Source of the DNA: Amphiscolops sp. MND2022
Lineage: Eukaryota
Direction: 5' to 3'
Assembly: GCA_964187785.1 (NCBI GenBank)
Contig: OZ076409.1
Span: forward strand, 102,796,001-102,860,000
Length of the DNA: 64,000 nt
Part shown: piece after piece, positions 39,533 through 50,700 of the stretch
Numbering within the stretch: the stretch's first letter is position 1
How the letters are laid out: each line of letters begins with the position of its first letter
The notes under the pieces: model-generated
Told to the model about the DNA's origin: nothing
The model's input: the letters and a program-made list of their open reading frames with translations, nothing else
The model's database searches: none
Position numbers and translations under genes: made by a program

Positions 39533-41892
39533 TGTCACAACCCGCACCCGGCTTGGGATTCTCCTGCAGACGAATAGCCATCGGAAGAGGGCACGGCTGC
39601 AACCTGCGCTTCCCAAAATGGTAACTGTCGTAAAAATTTAAACTAATGCTCATTACTAAAATAAACTGTGACTTGAAACGCAAAATTTACGTCTACTAAA
39701 CGGAATTTTCAAACGAAATTAGTTACAGATGACAAATGAACTAAAATAATTTTTCACGCACTTCCGGTAAGACGTTCCAGTCACGCCAAAATAGAAACAT
39801 TCGTCACCAGAAAACTAAACTGACACACGTCTTTAAAAAAAGAGATCATAAGCTAATCTAAATGAAAACATCCAAAATTACCTCCAAAAAGGACATCAAT
39901 CAGATCTCAAATAGAAAACATTGAGATGGTACGCCGAGATACTTAAGCCTTTTCTAAGAAAAGCAACTTAATTGCACTTTAAACAGCAATTAGTGTGGTT
40001 TAGGACGACAATGTTGCGTTGAGTAAACAAGGCGACGGTGGAAATAAGGATACATGTACATTTGTTGTCAGTAAGACACATATAAGATTTGGAGGCATAC
40101 GGATTGACATCACTGCCCCGTCTATGCGCACTAGAAAACCATTCGAATTAACTGCGTATACTAGTGGCCTCATTAGAAATCATTCCAGTTTTCCGCCATT
40201 ATGACGTCACAGCGCTGGTAGATAACTGATTTTCATTCCAAATTTACGTCCACGCTACGTCCACTGTGCTGGTGGACTAAGGCTAATACTAATACGTACG
40301 TCCACTACGTCCAAAATCCATCAAAAGAACCACTTTGATCCAACTAGAATGATGAAGTAAACGCTGTCTTAATGGTTTAGACTTGGAAGCGTCATGCAGT
40401 TCTAGATTCAATCAAATTAGGATAAAAGGAAAAGACATTTAAAATTACGTCCAACTGTCGTCAAATGAACCTCCAACTTAGATATTATTATTAAGACTTA
40501 GTTTCAATGAAACTTTTCCACATAATTTAAGATAAAAGTCACAGTTTATCCTAAAGAACACTTCACAAATGTGTATTTTGTAATACTCAATGTAAACTCC
40601 TGGCGCTATTTCATACAAACAAACGTCGTCTTGACGTCCCAAAGAAATTCAATGCTTTAATATTTTGGAAATGGAACAATATTTTTATAGTGCTGCACTT
40701 GCATCGTTTTGATACGCCTTCATTTAGTGTTTACTGATTACATGTGCTTCTGATTACATATTTGGGATTCTAACCAAGTATATTATCGCTTGGAATTGCT
40801 GTTCTTTTGTTTAACGTTTCTGTTCAAGTTGACCTAATTTGACGTTATTAATACGTTTGACCATGATTGTACTTATTTAGAAATAGGGACTATGCTAATT
40901 TGTTTAATTAAGTACATTTAACGAAAGTCTGATCCTTTCTACTCTCATAGCATCATCAAATTGCCTAAATTAGGATAATTAGTCATAATTTCTTAAGTTG
41001 AAATTCAAAATCAGGTATTAGTTGCTCACGTCAGCGACACTCCGCGTCAATTTACATACGAACCAAGGCAGAAAAACAGGGAAACAATTCCGGTTTGACA
41101 GACTGAAGTAATATCTACTTCCTGCTTGGGTGAAACAAAAGGACGCCGGAATGAAATGATATGATCATGGTTGATGACTAATACTAGAATAAAATGGCCG
41201 TGTCTTGAAATTTGACGAAATGTCGACGCAAACTTGGGATTGTAATGATTTTTTCACCAAAAAAAACAGGAAATGACTAATTGTTTGAAGGAAAATAGGA
41301 ATATAGTCGTGATCAAATGATGCTAGGGGGGTATAAATACGACGCATTTTGATGATTAGGGGACTCAGTCCTTTCTAATTGTAAAAACTAGTTGCTCTTC
41401 AACTTGTTTGTTTCAATCCACGTCATTCAACTTTATTGGAAAAATTTTCAAAAAAAATTGAATTCATCTGAATCAAATCTTTCTTCATCAAAATGTCGAC
41501 TACAAGGAGTCAAAGGAGAAGGAACAACCAGCAAAAAGCTAATGAAAGTGTAAGTGAAGGTTTTTTTTCGCCAGTTGTAGCTGAAAATTCCTGTCCAATA
41601 GACCAAGACGTAAGTGTTGCTGGATCATCTAAGCCAAAACCCCCCAGGATCGAAGGTAGTTTCTTAGAAATTTTCAGGGCTTTTTCAAAAGAAGAAATTA
41701 CTTCCGAAATCAAAAATCGCCTTGTAGAGTCTCAGAGAGAGATGTTAAAGCTTCTTAAGCCTGAAACAAGAGAAAACGTAAGCGAAAACGCCGATGAAGA
41801 AACGGAGAATGAAATGAGGAGTTTCTACACTCCTACAAAATCAGTTGAAATTAACTCTACTCAAAACAACGACCCGTGTAGTAGTCGTAACA
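39533..41892 (+). repeat. 5' LTR (2360 bp)
   Basis: Direct repeat of 43363-45683; about 89% identical in the first 150 bp by manual count. Confidence 0.92.
41332..41339 (+). promoter_or_regulatory. TATA box within the LTR
   Basis: TATAAATA about 160 bp upstream of the gag ATG; conserved at 45123-45130 in the 3' LTR. Confidence 0.6.
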
Positions 41893-42790
41893 TGGTGACA
41901 GGAGTCCTCACCGACTCCACAAACCACCCGAAAAGACCAAAAATAAGGTCTCAAAGCCAACCAGCGTCAAAAGATCGTCCTGTGGTAGCCAGAACACATT
42001 TTGGAGCGGAAAAGAACGACAACCCCTTGCCACCTATGCCAAAAGCCCTAACGACATCACTCCCAACGTTTGACGGGAAATCCAAAAAATTCTAACTTTT
42101 TGAGGATCTTTTCCGCAACAAAATCAAAATGTATCCACACCTCACGGAACACCAAAAAATTACCTACTTTTTTTCCCTACTCCGTGGAGACGCACTACAA
42201 GCGTTTTGCAGCATAGAGGATTCGAAAAAAGATTCATGACGATTTTCAAACGCCAATTTGGCGACAAATTATCAATGGCAAAAGCCAGATGCAAATGGAA
42301 CGCACTCAGATTCGATCCCTCCACGCGAAAACTACACGAATTTTTGGATCAGAGGCCCAACAATTCATCGACAAGGCTAGATATGCGAAGATGCCCGACC
42401 ACGTTAAGAAGATTTTAAACAGGGCATACCTCGAAGACAAACCGCACAACGACATCGTGCTCCACCTGGAAAGAGAGATGCGACTCAATGGACTTGGAGC
42501 AGCGGACGAGGTCTCCTTGGTCCCTTTAAATAAAATAGAACCTGCTCAAACAAAACCTGAAATCAAGCCAACTGAAAACTACTCACAATACTAAAGAAGG
42601 ATACTGTTTCTACTGCAATAAATTCGGCCACTTCAAAGCAGAATGCCGAAAATTGAGAAGAGATAAATAGCAACAGACACGGAGAAACAACGGCCAAACC
42701 AAAAACAGTGCAGGCACCACGCTTAAATGCGATACTTGCGGCAAACCTCATAAAACGGAAGATTGTTGAAATGGAGCCAACTCAGCCAAC
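41493..42790 (+). pseudogene. gag: Gag-like ORF starting inside the LTR and reading through the PBS; degenerate
   Basis: ATG at 41493; LPTFDGK...FEDLF...LLRGDAL gag motif; knuckles CFYCNKFGHFKAEC (42605) and CDTCGKPHKTEDC (~42728); internal stops and frameshifts. Confidence 0.85.
41893..41905 (+). promoter_or_regulatory. Primer-binding site (possibly tRNA-Leu type)
   Basis: TGGTGACAGGAGT immediately after the LTR; resembles the TGGTGTCAGGAGT tRNA-Leu PBS type. The tRNA identity is inferred. Confidence 0.7.
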
Positions 42791-43362
42791 AATCCGATCC
42801 GAGACCTAAGCGTCATTTCCAACAAGAAAGGAAGACGGAAGAATCAAAAAACTAATTACGCCGCGCCTGCGCTTTGGGGAAACAGTAGACACGAGGGCGT
42901 TTTCAACAGAGGATTCCGCTACCACACACGCTAATGACACAACAATAGAATGCAATGGTACACCAACAGAAGACTCCCTAGGAATCTGGAGAACTCCCTA
43001 GCACTTCCCTAGAAACAACCCATAACGAAATTAGGGAAGGTTCTGGAAGCCCCAACGAACAGACGGAAGACGAAGAGGAAGGGTTTGTAGTCGAAAGCCA
43101 CAAAGTGCCGAGCCCCCAGTCAATAACGAGTTGAATGATTGCTGATTATCTAGAAGAGTTTCACAGAGAAGAAGACGGAGTTTCTTTTTTCGAAACCCCC
43201 CGGCCACTCTCAAGAAGATAGCCTTCCGTCCGGTGAGCCCACTAAATGATCTCGAAAAAGAAACCAGCACTACCAGCGCAGCAAGCACCAGAGCGGGGTT
43301 GCCCCCTTTGACTCTCATGCCCAGTCTACCCGAGAGAGGTGTTTTCCCCGGAAGAGCGGCAC

Positions 43363-45683
43363 TGTCACAACCAGCTCCTGTCTTGGAATGCTCCTGCAGA
43401 CGCATAGCGATCGGTAGAGGGCACAGTTGCAACCTGAGCTTCCCAAAATGGTAACTGTCGTAAAACTTTAAACTAATGCTCATTACTAAAACAAGCTGTG
43501 ACTTAAAACGCAAGGTATTCGTCTACTCAACCGAATTTTCAAACGAAATTAGTTACAGAGGACAAATGAACTAAAATGATTTTTCACGCACTTCCGGTAA
43601 GACGTTTCAGTCACGCCAAAATAGAAACAATCGTCACCAGAAAACTAAACTGAAACACGTCTTAAAATAAAGAAATCATAAGCTAATCTAAATGAAAACA
43701 TCCAAAATTACCTACAAAAAGGACATCAATCAGATCTCAAATAGAAAACATTGAGATGGCACGCCGAGAAAATTAAGCCTTTTCTAAGAAAGGCAGCTTA
43801 ATTGCACTTTAAACAGCAATTAGTGTGGTTTAGGACGACAATATTGCATTAAGTAAACAAGGCGACGGTAGAAATAAGGATACATGTACATTTGTCGTCA
43901 GTAAGACGCATATAAGATTTGAAGGCATACGGATTGACGTCAATGCCTCGTCTATGAGCACTAGAAATCCATTCCATTTAACCGCGTATACTAATGGCCT
44001 CATTAGATATCATTCCAATTTTCCGCCGATATGACGTCACAGCGCTGGTAGATAACTGATTTTCATTCCACTGATCTGGTGGACTAAGGCTAATACTAAT
44101 ACGCACGTCCACGTTACGTCCAAAATCCCTCAAAATAAGCACTTTGAAACAACTAGAAAGATGAAGTAAACGCTGTTTTAATGGTTTAGACTTGGGAGCG
44201 TCTTGCAGTCCTAGATTCAATCAAATTAGGACAGAAGGAAAAGACATTTAAAATGAAGTCCAACTGTCGTCAAATAATTCTCCAACTTAGATCTTATTAT
44301 TAAGACTTAGTTTGAATGAAACTTTTCCACATCATTTAAGATAGAAGTCACAGTTTATCCTAAAGAACACTTCACAAATATGTATTTTGTAATACTCAAT
44401 GTAAACTCCTGGCGCTAGTTCATACAAACAAACGTCGTCTTGACCTCCCAAAGAAATTCAATGCGTTAATATTTTGGAAATGGGACCATGTTTTTATAGT
44501 GCTGCACTTGCATCGTTTTCATACGCCTTCATTTAGTGTTGTTCTGATTACATATTCGGGATTCTAACCAAGTATATTATCGCTTGGAAATGCTGTTATT
44601 GTATAAGGTTTCTGTTCAAGTTGACCTAATTTGACGTTGTTAATACGTTTGACCAAGAATGTAATTATTTAGAAATAGGGACTATGCTAATTTGTTTAAT
44701 TAAGTACATTTAACGAAAGTCTTATTCTTTCTACTCTCATAGCATCATCAAATTGCCTAAATCAGGATAATTAGTCATAATTTCTCAAGTTGAAATACAA
44801 AATCAGGTATTAGTTGCTCACGTCAGCGACACTCCGCGTCAATTTACATACGAACCAAGGCAGAAAAACAGGGAAACAATTCCGGTTTGACAGACTGAAG
44901 TAATATCTACTTCCTGCTTGGGTGAAACAAAAGGACGCCGGAATGAAATGATATGATCATGGTTGACGACTAATACTAGGTTAAAATTGCCGTGTCTTAA
45001 AATTTGACGAAGTGTCGACGCAAATTTGGGATCATAATGATTTTTTCACCAAAAAAACATGAACAAACTAATTGTTTGAAGAAAAATAGGAATATAGTCG
45101 TGATCAAATGATGCTAGGAGGGTATAAATACGACGCATTTTGGTGATTAAGGGACACAGTCCGTTCTAATTGTAAAAACCAGTTGCTCTTCAACTTGTTT
45201 GTTTCAATCCACCTCATTCAAATTTTTGGAAAAATCTTCAAAAGATAAATTGAATTCATCTGAATCAAATCTTTCTTCATCAAAATGTCGACTACAAGGA
45301 GTCAAAAGAGAAAGAACAACCAGCAAGAAGCTAATGAAAGTGTAAGTGAAGGTTTTGTTTCACCAGTTGTAGCGGAAAATTCTCGTCCTATAGACCAGGA
45401 CGTAAGTGTTGCGGGATCGTCTAAGCCAAAATCCCCCAGGATCGAAGGTTGTTTTTTAGAAAGTTTGAGGGCTTCTTTAAAAGAAGAAATTACTTCCGAA
45501 ATCAAAAATCGCCTTGTAGAGTTTCAGAGAGAGATGTTAAAGCTTCTTAAGCCTGAAACAAGAGAAAACGTAAGCGAAAACGCCGATGAAGAAACGGAGA
45601 TTGTAACGAGGAGTTTCTACACCCTACAAAATCAGTTAGAATTAACTCTACTCAAAACAACGACCGGTGTAGTAGTTGTAACA
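43363..45683 (+). repeat. 3' LTR (2321 bp)
   Basis: Preceded by purine-rich GGAAGAGCGGCAC; carries a truncated gag ORF at 45285-45719. Confidence 0.92.
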
Positions 45684-46196
45684 AAGCACATGGTTACAAA
45701 CTTATTTACGACAGATTAGTTGGTTCTAAAATTATTTCAGTACTTTTTTTATTTTCACTCAGTTGACCAGAATCGGTTTTTGTGAATTATAAGCTTTTTT
45801 TAGAGAACATTTTGAAATGGTGGAAGAGAAATCAGAAAACAAGCGATGCAACGTTGTTGAATTAGTGTGAATTTTTTACATGCGCTTTAATGTTGCCAGC
45901 AACTTTTATTATGATTTTCTAAAACTCTTACAGAAACTTTCATTACGAAAACGTTTCCATTTTGTATTCGACTTTCATCAAGCTGCTTGAAAAATTCATC
46001 AATGTTTTGGCGGCAATTTCAAGCCTTGAATTATTGAACGTTTCATTAGGACACATTTCTAATTTTTAAAAGCAAATGAGCTGCTATCAGTTCTACCAAC
46101 ATTTTAATGCAAAATAACGTCACTCGCGTAATAAACTGCAAATTAGTATCATGTTTAGCGTCCTATTTTAGAAGCAGTGATCACATCAGATGAGTA

Positions 46197-46374
46197 CAGT
46201 AAATCCTCGATTATCAGCCACCATTGGTTCAGCGCGAATTATGGCGGATAAATGAGAGTGGCGGTTAATCAAGGGAGCTTAGACGCGGGCGTTATAGCAA
46301 AATGTCCCGGTAGATTTGTGGCGGATGACCAAAGTTGACGGATAATCGAGTGACGCATAATCGAGGGTTTACTG
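46197..46374. mobile_element. pogo/Tigger-like MITE (178 bp)
   Basis: TA|CAGTAAATCCTCGATTAT ... ATAATCGAGGGTTTACTG|TA. Confidence 0.85.
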
Positions 46375-46617
46375 TAGTTGAGAAAACAAAGTGTGAATAC
46401 GAAGTGATAATGTCGGTAAAGAAGTGGGATTTATTTTCAAATTTATTTGCAGTAGTGGAAAATGTAGTGTAGTTTTACAAAACTTCCAACCGGGACCTTA
46501 CTGATTTTTCTAGGTTTCATAAAAAAATTACCCTGCATGCAGACCTGCAGCGTGTAAAAAGTCGCAGCAGTCTCAGATAGGGCATACTACGGTTCGTACG
46601 GAACATGGAAATGGCAT

Positions 46618-46800
46618 TCCCAACAAATTGTAAGATGTTGTACGGAAAAGCATTATTTGGCAATAATTCTTACAAGATTGCCTCAAAATTAGCAAGTTTC
46701 CGATGAAAATGATACACGAAATGCATAAAGTTTACAAAACTCTTACAAAAATTGCATCGTTCGACTTGAGGAAATATTGAAAAATGTGGTGCTGGCCTAA
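46618..46800 (+). mobile_element. Truncated copy of the 14227-14666 MITE family
   Basis: Shares CTTACAAAA(A)TTGCATCG(G/T)TCGACTTGAGGAA and flanking sequence with 14290-14420. Confidence 0.6.
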
Positions 46801-47506
46801 TAATAAAAAAATCACGAGAGCGATAAATGGTAATTATTATTAACACTGAGAGCACACGCCAGATCTAGAATTTTAGATGAAACGAGTTAAACGACTTCTC
46901 TGATTGCATGAAAAGAAAACACTTATATTTCAAGAAAACATAATTTGCATTCCTTCAGTGTCTCAATAGCATTCCTTTAACGTGTTTTATCCGGAAACAT
47001 GTTCATGTTTTTCATCATTCATGTTTTTGCACACTGGCGGCAAGTTAGCTACTTTGAAACTTCAGTGTTTTCAAGGAAAAGAAACGCTATTGCTTAAGTT
47101 AAATTCCCTCAAGAAAGTCGCTATAAGTTTATCAGCTCCCGTCAAATCGTTCTTCTGCAAATGCTCATTGGCTCCAGTTTCGTTCATTGGCATTCGATTC
47201 GCACTTCAGGGACAGCAGTGTGGAGTGTTGAATGGTTGATGCTCGACGCTCGAATTGAATCAAAAGATGAGGAGATGATACAATCTTCAGATTGAGGAAG
47301 GCGATCAGGGAGGCGATTCAAAGGTTAATCGGCAAATCGATTATTCGATTGCATCCATGTATTCAAAACAGGAAATTCATTGAAGCAAATTTGATTAAAG
47401 CAATCCCTTTTTGCTGTAGGGGGGACATAGTGAAAGAGATCCCTAAAATGTACTAGTTTTAACCCTAAACGACCCGTGCGTTTTTGCAATTTTTCAAAAA
47501 ACTGAA

Positions 47507-47719
47507 TGTTGTATTCTCACTTGTCATGAAAAGTGTTTCTTTCGTAAAATTAAACTGTTTCGTATCGAACGTTTTTCATCTACTGTCAAGTAGTATCATC
47601 TGCGCTTAAGTGGCAGGAACAGGTAGTTTACAAACACAAATGTATATACGTATAAACTAGATGTACAAAGGCTAGACTAATTATATAAATAAGTTCTGTC
47701 TAATGTCCTCTATACTACA
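47507..47719 (-). repeat. Gypsy 3' LTR
   Basis: Direct repeat of 54452-54664, adjacent to the PPT. Confidence 0.96.
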
Positions 47720-50700
47720 CTCCCCCCTCCACGGTTGATTGGTATTCTGGAAGTGGGGAGACTTTGATTGTATGTCTTCTGGCGGTTGTTCCTCCAGAGG
47801 TCCGTGTGCTGTTGGACGGTTGACCGTTCCTGGCTTTTGTTGTTGTTACGGTTTGTGTATTCCCGTAACGTCTGTATGTTGTCCGGTAGTTGGGATACTG
47901 TGGTCCGTTCTCCGGTTGTTTGTTTGGTTGACCCGGTATGTTGTCCGAGTTCAGCTCTTTTACGGTGTTTCCTGTAATCATGACAAACGGGATTATTGTA
48001 TCTTACAATGGGATTAGTTTTAGTCAATCTTTTCGATCTGCGGAAGCTTTTTCTTCTTTAGTTATTATATCCGCTTCAATTTCGGTACTTGAACTTATGT
48101 TACTGGCTAATTCTAGGTCAGATGTTTCTAAGTTGTCCTTCAGGTTCATGTTAAAGTTAATGGGTACCTTACCGTTTTCGTCTCTAATAAAAAGTTCCTG
48201 TTCGGCTGTTCTGGCCTCTTGTATGGCCTGGTGAATTTCTTCTTCCGTCATGTGTCCGGTGTTTATTGTAAGTGGGCCCATGTTGTCCAGTGCCGGTACC
48301 TTCCCGGGGGTTTCTAGGGGAGAGCCTGGACTGGTGTGGTCCCCGGTAGTCTTCGGTTTGCCTCTGCCAAAGGTACTTCTTTTCAGTGTTGTATTGGTCG
48401 TCGGTTCTGGCGTTTTGGGGCTTTCTGTCTCCATTTGCGGTACTTCTGCTTCTGACTCGCTTTCCGAGTCGATTATGACCGCTCTTTTCTGTTTCAATGG
48501 TGATTTTGTAAAGCGGCCATCCGGTCCCTTCGGTCCAGTTCCCCTGTTGCTGTATTCCTGTTTAAAGTTAATAGGTTTACTAATGTTTTTTCTATGGAAT
48601 ATTCTCCCGTTCGGTGTTTTAACCGTATGGTTAGTGCCCGATATTGCTATTTTTGGTTTATCGGTATATGCACTTTCAAATTTGGACCGTTGGTGTTTTT
48701 TTTCTAAAATTAGAAAAGGATGCTTACTAACTCCTTTGTTGCTTTTCTTTGGCTTCATTGGTAGCTGGTCGGATACACCGCCGGCTCCATTGAAAGAATA
48801 CACCTGTAGGGTGTCTGGTTTGGCTGAAACGAAATTTTTCGTTAGTTTTTCTAGCGTATCTAAATTTATTAAGTTACTGATTTCCGTGTTTGGTTTTCTG
48901 CCGTAGTGAAGTTCGAAGGCGGATTTTCTTAGTCTTGTATGGGGCGTTTTTCTCATTACATCTAAAGACAAATCCAATGCTTTTCCGAAACGTTCCCCGG
49001 CCTTAATGTTGGTTAGGATATTTTCTTTCAGTGTTCTCACTCCCCGTTCTACCAGGCCGGTTGGAGTATGTATGTACGGCGTCCCGTATATTATTCTGAT
49101 GTAATGTCTTTTGCAGAAATTTCTGAAGAAACGACCCGTGAATGCGGTTGCTTTATCCGTTCGGATTGTTTTTGGTATACCGTTCAGACGAATGTATTGT
49201 TCTAAGAATCTTACCACCGTTTCCCCGTCCGTTGACGTACAGTAACTGGCGGCCGGCCATTTGCTGTATCGATCTATGGATAGTAAAATCGGTTGTTTTC
49301 CGTGATTGGACCGATGAAGTCCAATTGAATTTCTTCGTTTGGATTATTTAGCGGTGGAAGGCTATTTTTTTCCGTTCGCGGTAAATTAGGTTTAATGCTC
49401 TTACCAAGTATCTTGCAGGGAATGCATGTTTCGCACGTCTTTTGAATTGCTTCCGTCATTCTTGGCCACCAAAAGTCTTGCGGCTAGGGACATCTTGTTG
49501 ATGGCTGGGTGTCCTTTATGGAGCAGGCTGATTATTGTCGTTCGGAGGTTTTTGGGGACGATGATCTTGTCTTCTATGAATTCCAGACCGAACCGGCTTG
49601 ATAGTTTTTTCTTATGGGTCAGGTATTCCTCGGGTATCAGTTCGTGTTGTTGACGCTCTAGACACACCAGAGTTTTCAGTAGGCTGGGATCATTAGTTGT
49701 TTCGGTCATAAGAAGTTGGAGGTCGGTTGAGAAATTTTTTTCCGTTTCTCTTACCGCCTGTTCCAGATCCCAGTTTTTGTATTCTTCTGTTATGATTTTC
49801 GGTGCGTGCCCCATTTTTACGTATTGGACACTCTTGACTCCGACGTAACGTGCCCAATTCATCGCCGGTACCTCGAGGACTGATGGATCTTTGTCTGTCT
49901 CCGAGTCTATTTCTCCTTCTTCCATGGGGACCGGTGTACTCCGTCCCTGATCGGTATTGGCGTAGGATGTTCCCGGTTGGTCGTTGTAAGTCGGCTGGGC
50001 CGGTGTGGGCCTGTCCATATCCCAGAAGGGATCGACGGTCCATTATTCTGCCCGTCGCGTCTGTGGTTGGAAGCCCCCTTTTTGTTGTGGTTCAATTCGA
50101 TGGCGGAGAGCATCTTGATTTTGGTTGTTGATTATTTGCTGTAATCTTTCCTCGATTACCTTTCTTTCATTTCGAAGAAATTTTGGTTCGTGGTAATTCT
50201 TCCACTTGCCTCCGGTCATACGGTAGATACCGGGCTTGACGATATCTCGCCATCTTTGTATCAGTTCGGTGGTTTCTTGCGATGGGTAGTTTGCTTCAAT
50301 GCTGTCGATTGTTTTTGCGTCCATTTTAATTTTGGAGCTATTCAAATTGCTGACAGTAAATTTGGCGTGTGTGAGTGTTGAGCTTTTACGGCAATCAATG
50401 GCAGTTTGTTCACGCGCGTCTTTTGACCGCGGTTTGTTGTTTGTTTTGCGTCCATTCTTACTCGCTTCGTTATCTGATTGGTTTTTTCTGTTGCTAAGGC
50501 AACCATATTTGGACATGAAGTTATAGTGTGGCAAGATGTTGTTGATGACGTATTCTTCGTCGTACGCTTCGTCTGTTTGCGGTGGTGCTGTCGGATTTCT
50601 ACTCAATTAATCCGTGAGTGCTAAGTGTTTGCCGGCTATATGGCTTACGTTGGTTGTGAAGTGTGCTAATCGGTCTAGCCATCTTGTTAGCCGTGCGCTA

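Larger units (their letters stand above)
39533..45683 (+). mobile_element. Non-autonomous gag-only LTR retroelement with ~2.3-kb LTRs (LARD/TR-GAG-like)
   Basis: AAGCA TSD at 39528-39532 and 45684-45688; LTRs TGTCACAAC...GT(C/T)GTAACA; PBS TGGTGACAGGAGT at 41893; 1470-bp internal region with gag motifs and no recognisable PR/RT/IN. Confidence 0.92.

Noticed and set aside
47981-48024. env-like third ORF in the Gypsy element
   Set aside because: The 47710-48027 frame is best explained as the frameshifted integrase tail; it has no signal peptide or transmembrane segment.
48250-48906. 218-aa plus-strand ORF and similar ones (53177-53677, 53810-54211, 50614-51012)
   Set aside because: These are antisense shadows of Gypsy gag-pol.
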